Positions 38,335-47,466 of a DNA stretch of 64,000 nucleotides are shown here, piece after piece (within the stretch, counting starts at the first letter, position 1; every line of letters starts with the position of its first letter). The position numbers and the translations under genes were made by a program. Below the pieces are notes generated by a model. The model searched no databases and had not been told where the DNA came from. It saw only the letters and a list, made by a program, of their open reading frames with translations. Source of the stretch: an uncultured Chloroflexia bacterium (GTDB taxonomy: Bacteria > Chloroflexota > Dehalococcoidia > Dehalococcoidales > RBG-16-60-22); the NCBI GenBank assembly GCA_963759785.1, contig CAVXAM010000006.1:210823-274822 (forward strand), read 5' to 3'.

Positions 38335-39388
38335 AAATCTACCGCAACAACAACGTGTGCACCCGCCTGCGCCCGGCTATGTCTATGACCCCGTATACCT
38401 AGAGCACGATACCAGTAATGACCCCGAAAACCCCGAAACCGCCCGCCGTTTGGAAGTCGTTATTTCCGGGTTGGATATGAAGTTTATCCGCCAGCAGCTA
38501 AAGTTGATACCGGCGCGTCCGGCTACCATAGAAGAATTATCCATGGTGCATCAGGCGGATTACATCAAACGCGTCGAGGCATTCTGTCAAAACGGCGGGG
38601 GATTCTGGGATGTGGATACTTACCTCTCACCCGGCTCCTATAAAGCCGCGCTTTACGCCGCCGGCGGCACGATAGAAGCCACTAAAGCCGTCGTTAATCA
38701 GGAAGTCCCGATGGCTTACGCCTTAGTACGACCGCCAGGTCACCATGCCGTTTTCGATAATGCGATGGGTTTTTGTGTATTTAATAATATCGCCATCGCC
38801 GTGAAATATGCGCTAAAACACCTTGGCATAAAACGCGTGCTGATTATCGATTTCGATATCCACCACGGTAATGGTACGCAGCAGGTTTTTAGCACTGGCA
38901 ATGACGTTCTATATATTTCTATCCACCAGGCTGCTCTATTCCCCGGGACGGGCCATATCGGCGATGTCGGCTCGGCGATAAACATCCCCTTCCCAAACTT
39001 CTGCAGTGATAAAGAATATCTACAAGTATTCGAAGAAATAATCATCCCGGCAGCACGGCGTTTTCAGCCTGAACTACTGATGGTTTCCGCCGGTTACGAT
39101 GCACACTGGGCGGATAAATACGCCATGCGGCTATCGCTGGATGGAATTTACCACATCACCAAGATAATCAAGCAGATTGGCGAGGAGCTTTGTGGCGGTA
39201 GGACGGTTTTTGTTCTGGAGGGGGGCTATAATCTTCAAGTTTTGTCATGCGCCGTGAATGCGACATTCAGTCTCTGGCTGGGAGATAAATACCTCGATGA
39301 CCCGTTAGGTCCGCCGCCCCAAAAAACAAGTCCCCCCAACATAAAAGAGTTATTGGCTGAAGTGAAAAAGCGACACGAACTTGATTAG
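38312..39388 (+). CDS. Histone-deacetylase-family (AcuC/class II HDAC-like) zinc deacetylase
   Basis: 358 aa with RPPGHHA and DFDIHHGNGTQ. The ATG overlaps the upstream gene by 23 nt; an alternative GTG lies at 38356. Confidence 0.85.
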   Translation: MPESWSGKNLPQQQRVHPPAPGYVYDPVYLEHDTSNDPENPETARRLEVVISGLDMKFIRQQLKLIPARPATIEELSMVHQADYIKRVEAFCQNGGGFWDVDTYLSPGSYKAALYAAGGTIEATKAVVNQEVPMAYALVRPPGHHAVFDNAMGFCVFNNIAIAVKYALKHLGIKRVLIIDFDIHHGNGTQQVFSTGNDVLYISIHQAALFPGTGHIGDVGSAINIPFPNFCSDKEYLQVFEEIIIPAARRFQPELLMVSAGYDAHWADKYAMRLSLDGIYHITKIIKQIGEELCGGRTVFVLEGGYNLQVLSCAVNATFSLWLGDKYLDDPLGPPPQKTSPPNIKELLAEVKKRHELD

Positions 39389-39404
39389 ATACGAAGCTGT
39401 CTGA

Positions 39405-40109
39405 TTAAAGCCCTAGATAGGCTTTCTTGATGTGTTCGCTGGCGAGACAGGTCGCACAATCGCCTTCCATGACGATACGGCCGTTCTCCAAAACGTAAGC
39501 CCTATCCGATATTTCCAGTGTTTGCTTAACGTTCTGTTCTATCAATAATATGGTGATACCCTGCTTCCGCAGCGATTGTATAATTTGAAAAACTTCTAAC
39601 ACCACCATTGGCGCCAGTCCGTTTGAAGGTTCATCGATGATACACAGTTTGGGACTAGACATCAATCCCCGCCCCATTGCCAGCATCTGTTGTTCTCCGC
39701 CGCTGAATGTTCTGGCGAGTTGATGTTCTCTTTCTTTCAACTTGGGGAACATCTCGAATACCCGCTTTTCTGTCTCTTTACGGTTTTTCCAGGCACTTTT
39801 TGTATAAGCTCCCATCTCCAGGTTTTCTTTAACATTCATTTCCGTAAAGAGCTTCCTGCCTTCGGGGATGTGAGAAATGCCGAGTTCAGTGATGATATGT
39901 GGGGGTAGTTGGTCAACACGTTTTCCCAAGAATAAAACTTCGCCGGAGCTTAAATGCAATAAACCGGTTATCGTATTAACTAGAGTTGTTTTACCCGCGC
40001 CATTGCCGCCAATAAGAGCGACAATCTCGCCCTTATTAACCTTAAGGCTAACGTCCCAAAGCACCTGGATATTGCCGTAAGAGGCATTGATATTTTTAAC
40101 TTCTAGCAT
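39405..40109 (-). CDS. livF: Branched-chain amino acid ABC transporter ATPase
   Basis: 234 aa with GGNGAGKTT, FSGGEQQML and IIDEPSNGLAP. Confidence 0.8.
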   Translation of the reverse strand: MLEVKNINASYGNIQVLWDVSLKVNKGEIVALIGGNGAGKTTLVNTITGLLHLSSGEVLFLGKRVDQLPPHIITELGISHIPEGRKLFTEMNVKENLEMGAYTKSAWKNRKETEKRVFEMFPKLKEREHQLARTFSGGEQQMLAMGRGLMSSPKLCIIDEPSNGLAPMVVLEVFQIIQSLRKQGITILLIEQNVKQTLEISDRAYVLENGRIVMEGDCATCLASEHIKKAYLGL

Positions 40110-40830
40110 TGGATTGTACTCCCAGATACACTTCGATGACTTTCTTGTTGTTAGCTACTTCTTGCGGTGTTCCTTCGGCGATTTTCTGGCCGTAATCCAA
40201 CACTATAATTCTATCACAAATGCCCATGATAGCCTTCATTACGTGTTCAACAACAACGACCGTGATACCTTTTTTCTGTATTCTTTTCACCAATTCCATC
40301 GCTTCGAGAAGCTCGGTCTGATTCAAGCCAGCCATAATTTCATCCAGTAATAAAAGCGTTGGTTTCGTGGCGAGGGCTCTGGCTACTTCGATACGCTTCT
40401 GGTGCGCCAGGGTCAGGTCTCTAGCCGGCGAATAAGCAACGTCGGATAATCCTACAAATGTCAGCAGTTCGTTAGCTTCACTGGTGGCATCTTTAGTCAG
40501 TCGCTTTTGGGCGCCGAAAAGCGAACCGATACGTACATTCTCGATAACAGGTAAATTACCAAAGACTTTTACCGTTTGGAAAGTTCTGGCAATACCCAGC
40601 CGGCAGACTTGATAGGGTTGAAGCCCACTAATCTTTTTCCCATTAAATAATATCTCGCCGGGTTTAGGCTTTAAACTCGCCGAAATAATATTGAATAAAG
40701 TCGTTTTACCGGCGCCGTTAGGTCCGATCAAGCCAACGACTTCACCTTTATCGACGTAGAAATCGATGTTGTCTACCGCGGCCAGACCGCCGAAATGGAT
40801 GGTGACGTTTTTACCCTCTAGTAGGTGCAC
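40096..40830 (-). CDS. livG: Branched-chain amino acid ABC transporter ATPase
   Basis: 244 aa with GPNGAGKTT and LLLDEIMAGL. Overlaps livF by 14 nt. Confidence 0.8.
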   Translation of the reverse strand: MHLLEGKNVTIHFGGLAAVDNIDFYVDKGEVVGLIGPNGAGKTTLFNIISASLKPKPGEILFNGKKISGLQPYQVCRLGIARTFQTVKVFGNLPVIENVRIGSLFGAQKRLTKDATSEANELLTFVGLSDVAYSPARDLTLAHQKRIEVARALATKPTLLLLDEIMAGLNQTELLEAMELVKRIQKKGITVVVVEHVMKAIMGICDRIIVLDYGQKIAEGTPQEVANNKKVIEVYLGVQSNARS

Positions 40831-41785
40831 GTTTGGCTCCCCTAATTCGTTGTATAAGTTTCTGTATTAGTCCCATCAAACCACCAGGCAGGTAGAGAAT
40901 AGTCGCAATCAAAATAGCGCCGAAAATAAGCATATAGTAGTTCTTTAAGCTGCCCGTCTGCAATATCTCCTGGATGTAGGTAAAAATGACCGCGCCGATT
41001 GCTGGACCCCAGAGATTTCCCATCCCGCCGAAAATAGCCATTAAAGCCGGGCTAAAAGACATCATCGGGTTAAACGCGGTGTTCGCATCAACATATGTAG
41101 TTTTAGTCGCCACGATAACACCGACAGCGCCCATGAATGCCGCGCTGACGGCGAATGTAAGTGTTTTAATTAAAGTAACGTTGACGCCCATATGCGCCGC
41201 GGCTTCTTCATTCTCGCCAATGCTTTGTAATGCTAATCCCCATTTCGACTTTCTTAAAAAGTAGGCGACAAGCATAGTAATCACAAGAATGCCTAGCAGG
41301 TAAAAATATACAGTTTCATTGCTTTCTAGCGCAACAACGATGCCACGGATTCCTTCAATAGATATCAACCAATAATTAACAATTTGATATGCCAGCAACA
41401 CCAAACCAAGGGTAAACATAGCAAAGTAGATGCCCCTTAATCTTAGTGTTATCGCGCCGACGATAAAAGCAATAACAAAACTGACCGCAGCTGCGATCAA
41501 TATAATAACGAACAATGGTAAAATAGTTCCGGTTGAAGGATAAAATATTGCCGCGGCATAAAAGCCTATCCCATAAAATGCCGCCGTCGCCAGTGAGAGA
41601 TAACCAGTGGTACCGGTAAACATTGTCCAGCTTACAGAAAGAATTACAAAGACCAGGAATAGGGAAAACAAAGTAACGCCATAATCCCAGCCATAATTTG
41701 GCATGAAAATCAACGCAATCAAGACAACCAGAGGTATCCCGGCGTTAAAACCAATTTGTCTCCAATTAATATTACTTAACTTCAT
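40811..41785 (-). CDS. livM: Branched-chain amino acid ABC transporter permease
   Basis: Polytopic membrane protein. Preferred start is the ATG at 41785 (MKLSNINW…), just after the livH stop at 41790-41792; the track start is 41833. Confidence 0.75.
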   Translation of the reverse strand: MKLSNINWRQIGFNAGIPLVVLIALIFMPNYGWDYGVTLFSLFLVFVILSVSWTMFTGTTGYLSLATAAFYGIGFYAAAIFYPSTGTILPLFVIILIAAAVSFVIAFIVGAITLRLRGIYFAMFTLGLVLLAYQIVNYWLISIEGIRGIVVALESNETVYFYLLGILVITMLVAYFLRKSKWGLALQSIGENEEAAAHMGVNVTLIKTLTFAVSAAFMGAVGVIVATKTTYVDANTAFNPMMSFSPALMAIFGGMGNLWGPAIGAVIFTYIQEILQTGSLKNYYMLIFGAILIATILYLPGGLMGLIQKLIQRIRGAKRAPTRG

Positions 41786-41789
41786 CTTT

Positions 41790-42653
41790 CTATCTTCCCA
41801 TGAGGCCTTTTGGTCGTACCAGTAACAAAACAATAAATATTACATAATATGCAGCGATGGCTAAACCCGGTTCCCAGTAAGCAACGCCAGTAGTGATAAT
41901 ACCTATAATAAAACCGCCGATAAAACTACCGGGGATACTGCCCAAACCACCTAGTGTGATAACCACCGTAGCAATAACGGTATTTCCCAGCCCCATCGTA
42001 GTATATATCGGATAACACACACTAAAAAGTGTGCCGGCTATACCAGCCATAGCGGCACCGAAGCCGAAGCACAACGCCAGCACGAAATTAATGTTAACGC
42101 CCATTAAACCGGCAGTTGCTGGGTCCTGGGCGGCTGCTCTAATAGCTTTACCAGAACGTGTGTTGGCCAAGAACAAATAAAATATAATTCCTACGACAAT
42201 TGCAAATGCGGCAGCTACAATACGGTTTAAATGAAAATCTTGACCGCCTATACCAACAGCGGTATTCAAATATTGGTAACTATATGGTGTCGAACCCCAA
42301 ATAAGTACGGCAATATTCTGTACGATGAAATAAAGCCCGAAGGCGGCTAACATGCCGTTACTCTCAAAAACGCCCGGGTTTGGCGACTTAACCCTAATGC
42401 CGGTAAAAATGGTACGATAAACGACGAAACCGATGATAAACATAACCGGTGCATTAATAACCACGGCAACCAACGGATTAACGCCGAGACTCTGTAGCCA
42501 GAAAGTGATGAAGGCTCCGAACATCATGAACTCGCCATGAGCGATGTTATATACCTTTCCAACACCGTACTGCAGGCTTAATCCCATGGAAACCAGCGAA
42601 TATATACCGCCGATTAATAGACCGCCGATGAATATATTAAGAAAGAGATCCAT
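41790..42653 (-). CDS. livH: Branched-chain amino acid ABC transporter permease
   Basis: 287 aa, polytopic, HGEFMMFGAF motif typical of LivH. Confidence 0.8.
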   Translation of the reverse strand: MDLFLNIFIGGLLIGGIYSLVSMGLSLQYGVGKVYNIAHGEFMMFGAFITFWLQSLGVNPLVAVVINAPVMFIIGFVVYRTIFTGIRVKSPNPGVFESNGMLAAFGLYFIVQNIAVLIWGSTPYSYQYLNTAVGIGGQDFHLNRIVAAAFAIVVGIIFYLFLANTRSGKAIRAAAQDPATAGLMGVNINFVLALCFGFGAAMAGIAGTLFSVCYPIYTTMGLGNTVIATVVITLGGLGSIPGSFIGGFIIGIITTGVAYWEPGLAIAAYYVIFIVLLLVRPKGLMGR

Positions 42654-42707
42654 ATATTATCTCAAAAACAACTTAAGTATTATACACTACTATTTTATTG
42701 TTGCACA

Positions 42708-42790
42708 AACAGGCTACCTGAAAGTCATACCTGATATCTTTGAGGATACCGGCGGGTAAAACCTGCGATATGACCTCCAGATAGCCTGTT
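42708..42790 (-). promoter_or_regulatory. Large imperfect stem-loop between the liv SBP gene and livH
   Basis: Outer arms AACAGGCTA (42708-42716) and TAGCCTGTT (42782-42790), with inner GTCATA/TATGAC pairing. Same SBP-hairpin-permease layout as the peptide transporter operon. Confidence 0.35.
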
Positions 42791-42832
42791 ATCAGTATTA
42801 TGTTAACTATTTCCTATATTCAGTTTCCTGGA

Positions 42833-44092
42833 TTATGCCTTTGGCCACGGTGGTTTGGGATAAACAAACGGGGCGGTGTTGTGCTTGTCATTATCAATAA
42901 CTTCGAAGATTCCGTTTTGCCACTGACCAACCTGGCCGAGGTAGCAATCATGCGGTAGCAGAGCACCACCCTTGCCATTACCCTGGATATCCCAGTAAAA
43001 GTCGCCTAATACCGTCTGGAAATGAGCAGTCCTCATAACTTCCAGGATTTTCTCGGTATCAAGAGTTCCGGCCTTAGTAAGTGCCTGGGCAAAGTACTGG
43101 TATTCAGCATAGTATTCATATGAACCCCACCAGTCCATGTTGCCTGGGCCACCTACCAGAGGCTCGATTTTCTTCGCATAGTCAGCAGCTGCCGGCGAAC
43201 TCTTCGCGTTCCAGGCGCCTTCGCCGCAGACATCTTCCAGAGCAGCGCCAAAAACTAGGTTGAAGAATCCGAAGTTGCAGCCTGGGCCGATTAAGACACA
43301 TTTCGGATTGAAATCAAGCGCCATAGCTGTCTGCATGAAAAGCATATTCTGGTTGGGATAGGCGAACATGCAGAAGACATCAGGATTCATTTCTTTGGCT
43401 TCTTTGATTATCGGGTCCATATCCGAAATGGTAACCGGAATACTCTTCGCTTCGACGACCTGAATGCCACGTAAGCCGCACTCACTCTGCATGGTGAGGT
43501 TGTATTCAGCGCCATGGAGGTCGTTCATGAAGCAGATGTAAACCGTCTTGGCGCCCTTCGCGGCAATTAGGTCGCAGAACGTAGGCAGTTGGAAGTGGTT
43601 GGAGTAGTTCAAAACCGAGAAGACATAGGGCATATTAGCCAGTAGCGGTTCCATGGTAGTGGCGCCGCCTTCGCTGCCGAGCATGATTGTCTTATATTTA
43701 TTGGCAATTGGCGCCGCGGCGAAAAGCATTGCTGTGCCGGTAGGCCCAAAGAGGAAGTTGACATGATCCTGGGTGCAAAGCTTTTCAATGTTCTTGACGC
43801 AGACGGACGTATCACTGGCATCATCGTACTCGATTAATCTGACTTTGAGTTTCTTTCCACCGACATCGATACCGCCGGCGGCGTTGACTTCGTCTATCCA
43901 CATCTTGTAAACAGGCGCTGCGCCAAATGCTTGGAAGCCAGCCTGCGGACCGGTGATATCGCGGGAAGCACCAATGACGATTTCGGTTGCCGTTACTCCG
44001 CCCCCGCCGCAGCCGGTTAGCGCAAAGGATGGGATAGCCATGATTAAACAAAGGACTAGTGGTATAACGATTTTTAATGTTTTACTCCACAT
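42833..44092 (-). CDS. Amino-acid ABC transporter substrate-binding lipoprotein (LivJ/K, type I PBP)
   Basis: 419 aa with lipobox FALTGCGGG and a periplasmic-binding-protein type I pattern. Confidence 0.8.
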   Translation of the reverse strand: MWSKTLKIVIPLVLCLIMAIPSFALTGCGGGGVTATEIVIGASRDITGPQAGFQAFGAAPVYKMWIDEVNAAGGIDVGGKKLKVRLIEYDDASDTSVCVKNIEKLCTQDHVNFLFGPTGTAMLFAAAPIANKYKTIMLGSEGGATTMEPLLANMPYVFSVLNYSNHFQLPTFCDLIAAKGAKTVYICFMNDLHGAEYNLTMQSECGLRGIQVVEAKSIPVTISDMDPIIKEAKEMNPDVFCMFAYPNQNMLFMQTAMALDFNPKCVLIGPGCNFGFFNLVFGAALEDVCGEGAWNAKSSPAAADYAKKIEPLVGGPGNMDWWGSYEYYAEYQYFAQALTKAGTLDTEKILEVMRTAHFQTVLGDFYWDIQGNGKGGALLPHDCYLGQVGQWQNGIFEVIDNDKHNTAPFVYPKPPWPKA

Positions 44093-44397
44093 TTTATGCC
44101 TCTCCTTAAATAAAATAATTTCCGCTGCATTTCCCCTTCATTTTTCACATAGAAGCACCTCCCTCTGCACAATGTATTTTTCAATGTTAACATAGCCTAG
44201 CATAAGTATTAAAAAAATGCAATGTAAACTTCTCTATGTTTTCATAGAGAATTTGTTGTCCGTTTTAATCAACTTATATATATTATAAGGTAACGTTATT
44301 TTAATCCTTGTGTTTATTTGTTGTCAAACATCCGTATTTTGAGTTCGCCTAGGCTTAAAACTGATTATAAACCTACCTATATCTTTATATGATTCTC

Positions 44398-44919
44398 TTA
44401 TTTTTTCCCTTTCTGCTTCGATTTACCTGATGGATTGAGAGGTAAACGCTGCATAAAGTGATATGCCCCTACATCCTCGGTAATATTGAACCCCTCCCTT
44501 TCGAAGAGCCGCACCGCCTGGCAGGTCTTTTCGACGGAGAGACGGAGGGGCAAACCGGCAGCTTCGGCTTCGGCAATTAGGTCGCGGATGATGCGGGTAC
44601 CGAGTCCTTTATTTCGGTACCTCGTCAGCAGCGAAATTTCGATTATTCTTATTTCGTCCTTGGTGCGGTTAACATAGAGCCGGCCGACATGGTTACCTTC
44701 CCAAGAGATGATACTGTAATCGGCTTTAGGATAGTTATGGTGGAACTGGGTATTTTGTAGTTTAAACTGTAGATGGAGGTATTGGTCGATACTTAGATTA
44801 TCCCATCCGGTCTTAGCCATTTCCGCTTCTCTAGTACTGGCATAGACGTCGAAAAGGAAATCGGTGTAGATATACGTTACTTTTTCCAGTACGTACTTAT
44901 CTTCATCCATCATGTTCAA
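44398..44919 (-). CDS. GNAT family N-acetyltransferase
   Basis: 173 aa with motif A RNKGLGTRIIRDLIAEA. Confidence 0.75.
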   Translation of the reverse strand: MNMMDEDKYVLEKVTYIYTDFLFDVYASTREAEMAKTGWDNLSIDQYLHLQFKLQNTQFHHNYPKADYSIISWEGNHVGRLYVNRTKDEIRIIEISLLTRYRNKGLGTRIIRDLIAEAEAAGLPLRLSVEKTCQAVRLFEREGFNITEDVGAYHFMQRLPLNPSGKSKQKGKK

Positions 44920-44939
44920 CCTTCTCTAAAATATCCCGG

Positions 44940-45021
44940 TGGGGAAGGGGGGATTTGAACCCCCACGCATTGCTGCACTGGATCCTAAGTCCAGCCCGTC
45001 TGCCAGTTCCGGCACTCCCCC
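44940..45021 (-). tRNA. tRNA-Leu (anticodon TAG), class II with long variable arm, CCA not encoded
   Basis: Reverse complement folds as acceptor GGGGGAG/CTTCCCC (one G-U), anticodon arm CTGGA-CTTAGGA-TCCAG, variable arm with GCA/TGC stem, T arm GGGGG-TTCAAAT-CCCCC. Confidence 0.85.
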
Positions 45022-45203
45022 CTATTTTCCAATAATCGTTCTTCCGTACTATAACATTTTATACAGACTGCCTCAAGTAAAATTTGAATTGACAAATATT
45101 AGCATTGGTGTTATTATACCTAGAGTATCTAGGTATAAGGAATACCTAGTCTTTCAACCTGCTGGGGCAGCCTGGTTCAATACTTTATTACAGGAGGTTA
45201 ACA

Positions 45204-45344
45204 ATGAGATTACTTAGTTTAGCCGTTTGTTCACTGGGAATATGGGTTCTGGTCAGCGCTTTCGTTAGCGCTCAATGGGTAGGAATTGTTTTCGGCGCCC
45301 TCACGGCTGTTTTTGCGCTTGGCGCTGCCGGTACATCTAAATAA
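45204..45344 (+). CDS. Unannotated 46-aa two-helix membrane peptide
   Basis: ATG preceded by CAGGAGG at a 7-nt spacing. MRLLSLAVCSLGIWVLVSAFVSAQWVGIVFGALTAVFALGAAGTSK. Below the track length cut-off. Confidence 0.4.
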   Translation: MRLLSLAVCSLGIWVLVSAFVSAQWVGIVFGALTAVFALGAAGTSK

Positions 45345-45476
45345 AAAAATAACTATCAAGACGCATTAAAACTGGCTGCCCCGGTAACTCATTTTTTTCT
45401 TGCAATTTGTATTCACTCTTGTTAGTATGGAAATACATAGAAAGTTAGAATAAAAACCATACTTGAGGTGATTGAT

Positions 45477-45818
45477 ATGGAACCGAAACACGACCTGCTC
45501 AAAGGGAGTTCCAATTCGCTACTACTCTGTTTACTCGAAAGGCAGCCGATGTACGGCTACCAGATTGTAAAAGAGTTAGAAGTGAGGAGCCAGGGGTACT
45601 TCAAATTTAAAGAGGGTACACTTTACCCCGCCCTCCACCGCCTGGAAAAATCCGCCTTAATCACCGGGAAATGGGAGATACTGCCTAACGGACGGCAGCG
45701 GCGTTATTACCTCATTACCGCTAAAGGTCAAGCCAAGCTAGCCGAGGAAAGAACGCGTTGGCTGGATTTCTTCACGGCGGTTAAACTAATATTACAACCA
45801 GAGACTAAAGGTCTTTAA
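45477..45818 (+). CDS. PadR family transcriptional regulator
   Basis: PMYGYQIVKELE…EGTLYPALHRLEK. The ATG at 45477 has a GAGGTG RBS; the track start is a GTG at 45468. Candidate promoter TTGCAA (45400-45405), 17 nt, TAGTAT (45423-45428). Confidence 0.85.
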   Translation: MEPKHDLLKGSSNSLLLCLLERQPMYGYQIVKELEVRSQGYFKFKEGTLYPALHRLEKSALITGKWEILPNGRQRRYYLITAKGQAKLAEERTRWLDFFTAVKLILQPETKGL

Positions 45819-45832
45819 AAAGGGTAGCGAAA

Positions 45833-46732
45833 ATGACACTGGATTTAACTCATTACCTTGAGAGTATTAGGTCCGATGCCAGGCTTGAAAAATCCGACGA
45901 AACCGTAATCATGGGCGAGCTTGAAGCTCATATTGAAGATAAACTCAAGGAACTCACTAACGCCGGCATGACTAAGGACGAAGCAGTTAAAGAATGCCTT
46001 AGTCAGATGGGCAGCATCAAGTCAATCGCTCAAGAGATATACGAGGCATATAGTCAGGGCAGCTGGAAACAGGTTTTCCTTGCCTCGATGCCTCACCTCC
46101 TTTTCGGTCTGTTGTTTGGACTTAACTGGTGGCGTCATCCCGTATGGTTATCCTTGGTGCTGGTTTCTGTTTTAGGGATTACTATCTACGGCTGGTCACA
46201 CGGCAAACCATCCTGGGTTTTCACCTGGATAGGCTATACCCTGATGCCGATTATCATCATTGGAGCCATGTTGATTTACCTTCCGCAAGAATGGGCATTC
46301 CTGGCCGTATTAGCGTATATACCTCTAGCGCTTTGGTGGTTTATCCGTATCGTCATGTTGACGGTAAAAAGGGACTGGCTTTTCAGTTCATTAACCCTGC
46401 TACCGATGCCGATAATTCTCGGCTGGTACCTGGCAGTATCGCCGTCGGGCAGGCTTTCTGAAGAAAGCTTGCAGCAGCTTTATTCTTTTTCCCCATGGGT
46501 AGGATTAAGCTTTTTAGGATTGGCATTAACGATAGCTATCTTCGTCCGCGTACGCCAGCGACGGCTAAGGGTTGGCATTCTTGCTGCATCCGGCTTAGTG
46601 ACGTTGAGCCTGGTTGTTTATCATTCGACGGGTTATGTAAATAATCTCACCTTCCTTGGGCTTTTACTGGGGATGTGGGCGGTGCTGCTCATTCCACCAT
46701 TACTGGAAAAACGGCTAAAACACTCCAGGTGA
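45833..46732 (+). CDS. PadR-associated membrane protein (soluble helical N-domain plus about 6 TM)
   Basis: 299 aa. Lies 14 nt after padR. The N-terminal ~75 aa are charged and helical, followed by multiple TM helices, as in PadR partner proteins. Confidence 0.6.
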   Translation: MTLDLTHYLESIRSDARLEKSDETVIMGELEAHIEDKLKELTNAGMTKDEAVKECLSQMGSIKSIAQEIYEAYSQGSWKQVFLASMPHLLFGLLFGLNWWRHPVWLSLVLVSVLGITIYGWSHGKPSWVFTWIGYTLMPIIIIGAMLIYLPQEWAFLAVLAYIPLALWWFIRIVMLTVKRDWLFSSLTLLPMPIILGWYLAVSPSGRLSEESLQQLYSFSPWVGLSFLGLALTIAIFVRVRQRRLRVGILAASGLVTLSLVVYHSTGYVNNLTFLGLLLGMWAVLLIPPLLEKRLKHSR

Positions 46733-46865
46733 AATAGTATAAGGCAGGTAGCTATCGTTACCGATACAACAGCCTGCGTCCCTTAAAAGCAGGTTGAAAT
46801 AGCCTTTTACGAGGACCAAATCCCCGCCTAGCCAAACCAGGTAAAACATCCTATAATCAATAGGT

Positions 46866-47453
46866 ATGGAAAGTTCACAGGTCATTACCGCTGCCCATCG
46901 ACTAGCCACCAGCCTACATCCCCTCCCCGAACCCGAGGCACAACCCACCGTAATAGTCGTCAGCGGACTGCCGGGCACCGGTAAATCTTATTTCTGCCGT
47001 CGATTGGCGGAACGCTTGCCCTTCATCATCCTCGAAAGCGATACCCTACGAAAAAAGCTATTCCCTAATCCAACTTACACTGCTGAAGAAAGCGCCTACC
47101 TTTTCCGCACGATACACTACCTGATTGAGGACCTGGTAAAAAAAGGCATGCCCATTATCTTCGATGCAACCAATCTTGAAGAAAAACACCGCGAACGCAT
47201 TTATAATATCGCTGAACGTCTTAATGCGCGGCTCATTATCGTGCGTACCGAAGCACCGCCGGAGCTGGTCCAACAAAGACTTGAGCAAAGAATGGTTAGT
47301 AAAAACAACAAAGATAATTCCGACGCCGATTGGTCGGTGTATCAGAAAATGAGGACGACGGTAGATAAAATCAACCGCCGTCATTTTACCGTGGATACAT
47401 CGAAAGATATCACTCAAGTTATTGATAAAATAATTAGAGAAGTCAACCGCTGA
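46866..47453 (+). CDS. P-loop kinase (AAA_33/zeta-toxin-like ATP-binding protein)
   Basis: 195 aa with Walker A GLPGTGKS. Size and layout of small-molecule or nucleotide kinases. Confidence 0.6.
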   Translation: MESSQVITAAHRLATSLHPLPEPEAQPTVIVVSGLPGTGKSYFCRRLAERLPFIILESDTLRKKLFPNPTYTAEESAYLFRTIHYLIEDLVKKGMPIIFDATNLEEKHRERIYNIAERLNARLIIVRTEAPPELVQQRLEQRMVSKNNKDNSDADWSVYQKMRTTVDKINRRHFTVDTSKDITQVIDKIIREVNR

Positions 47454-47466
47454 AAGGAGATTTTTC

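Noticed and set aside
44939-45217. 92-aa ORF on the plus strand
   Set aside because: Its first third is the antisense of a well-folding tRNA-Leu(TAG). There is no RBS, and the rest is intergenic.
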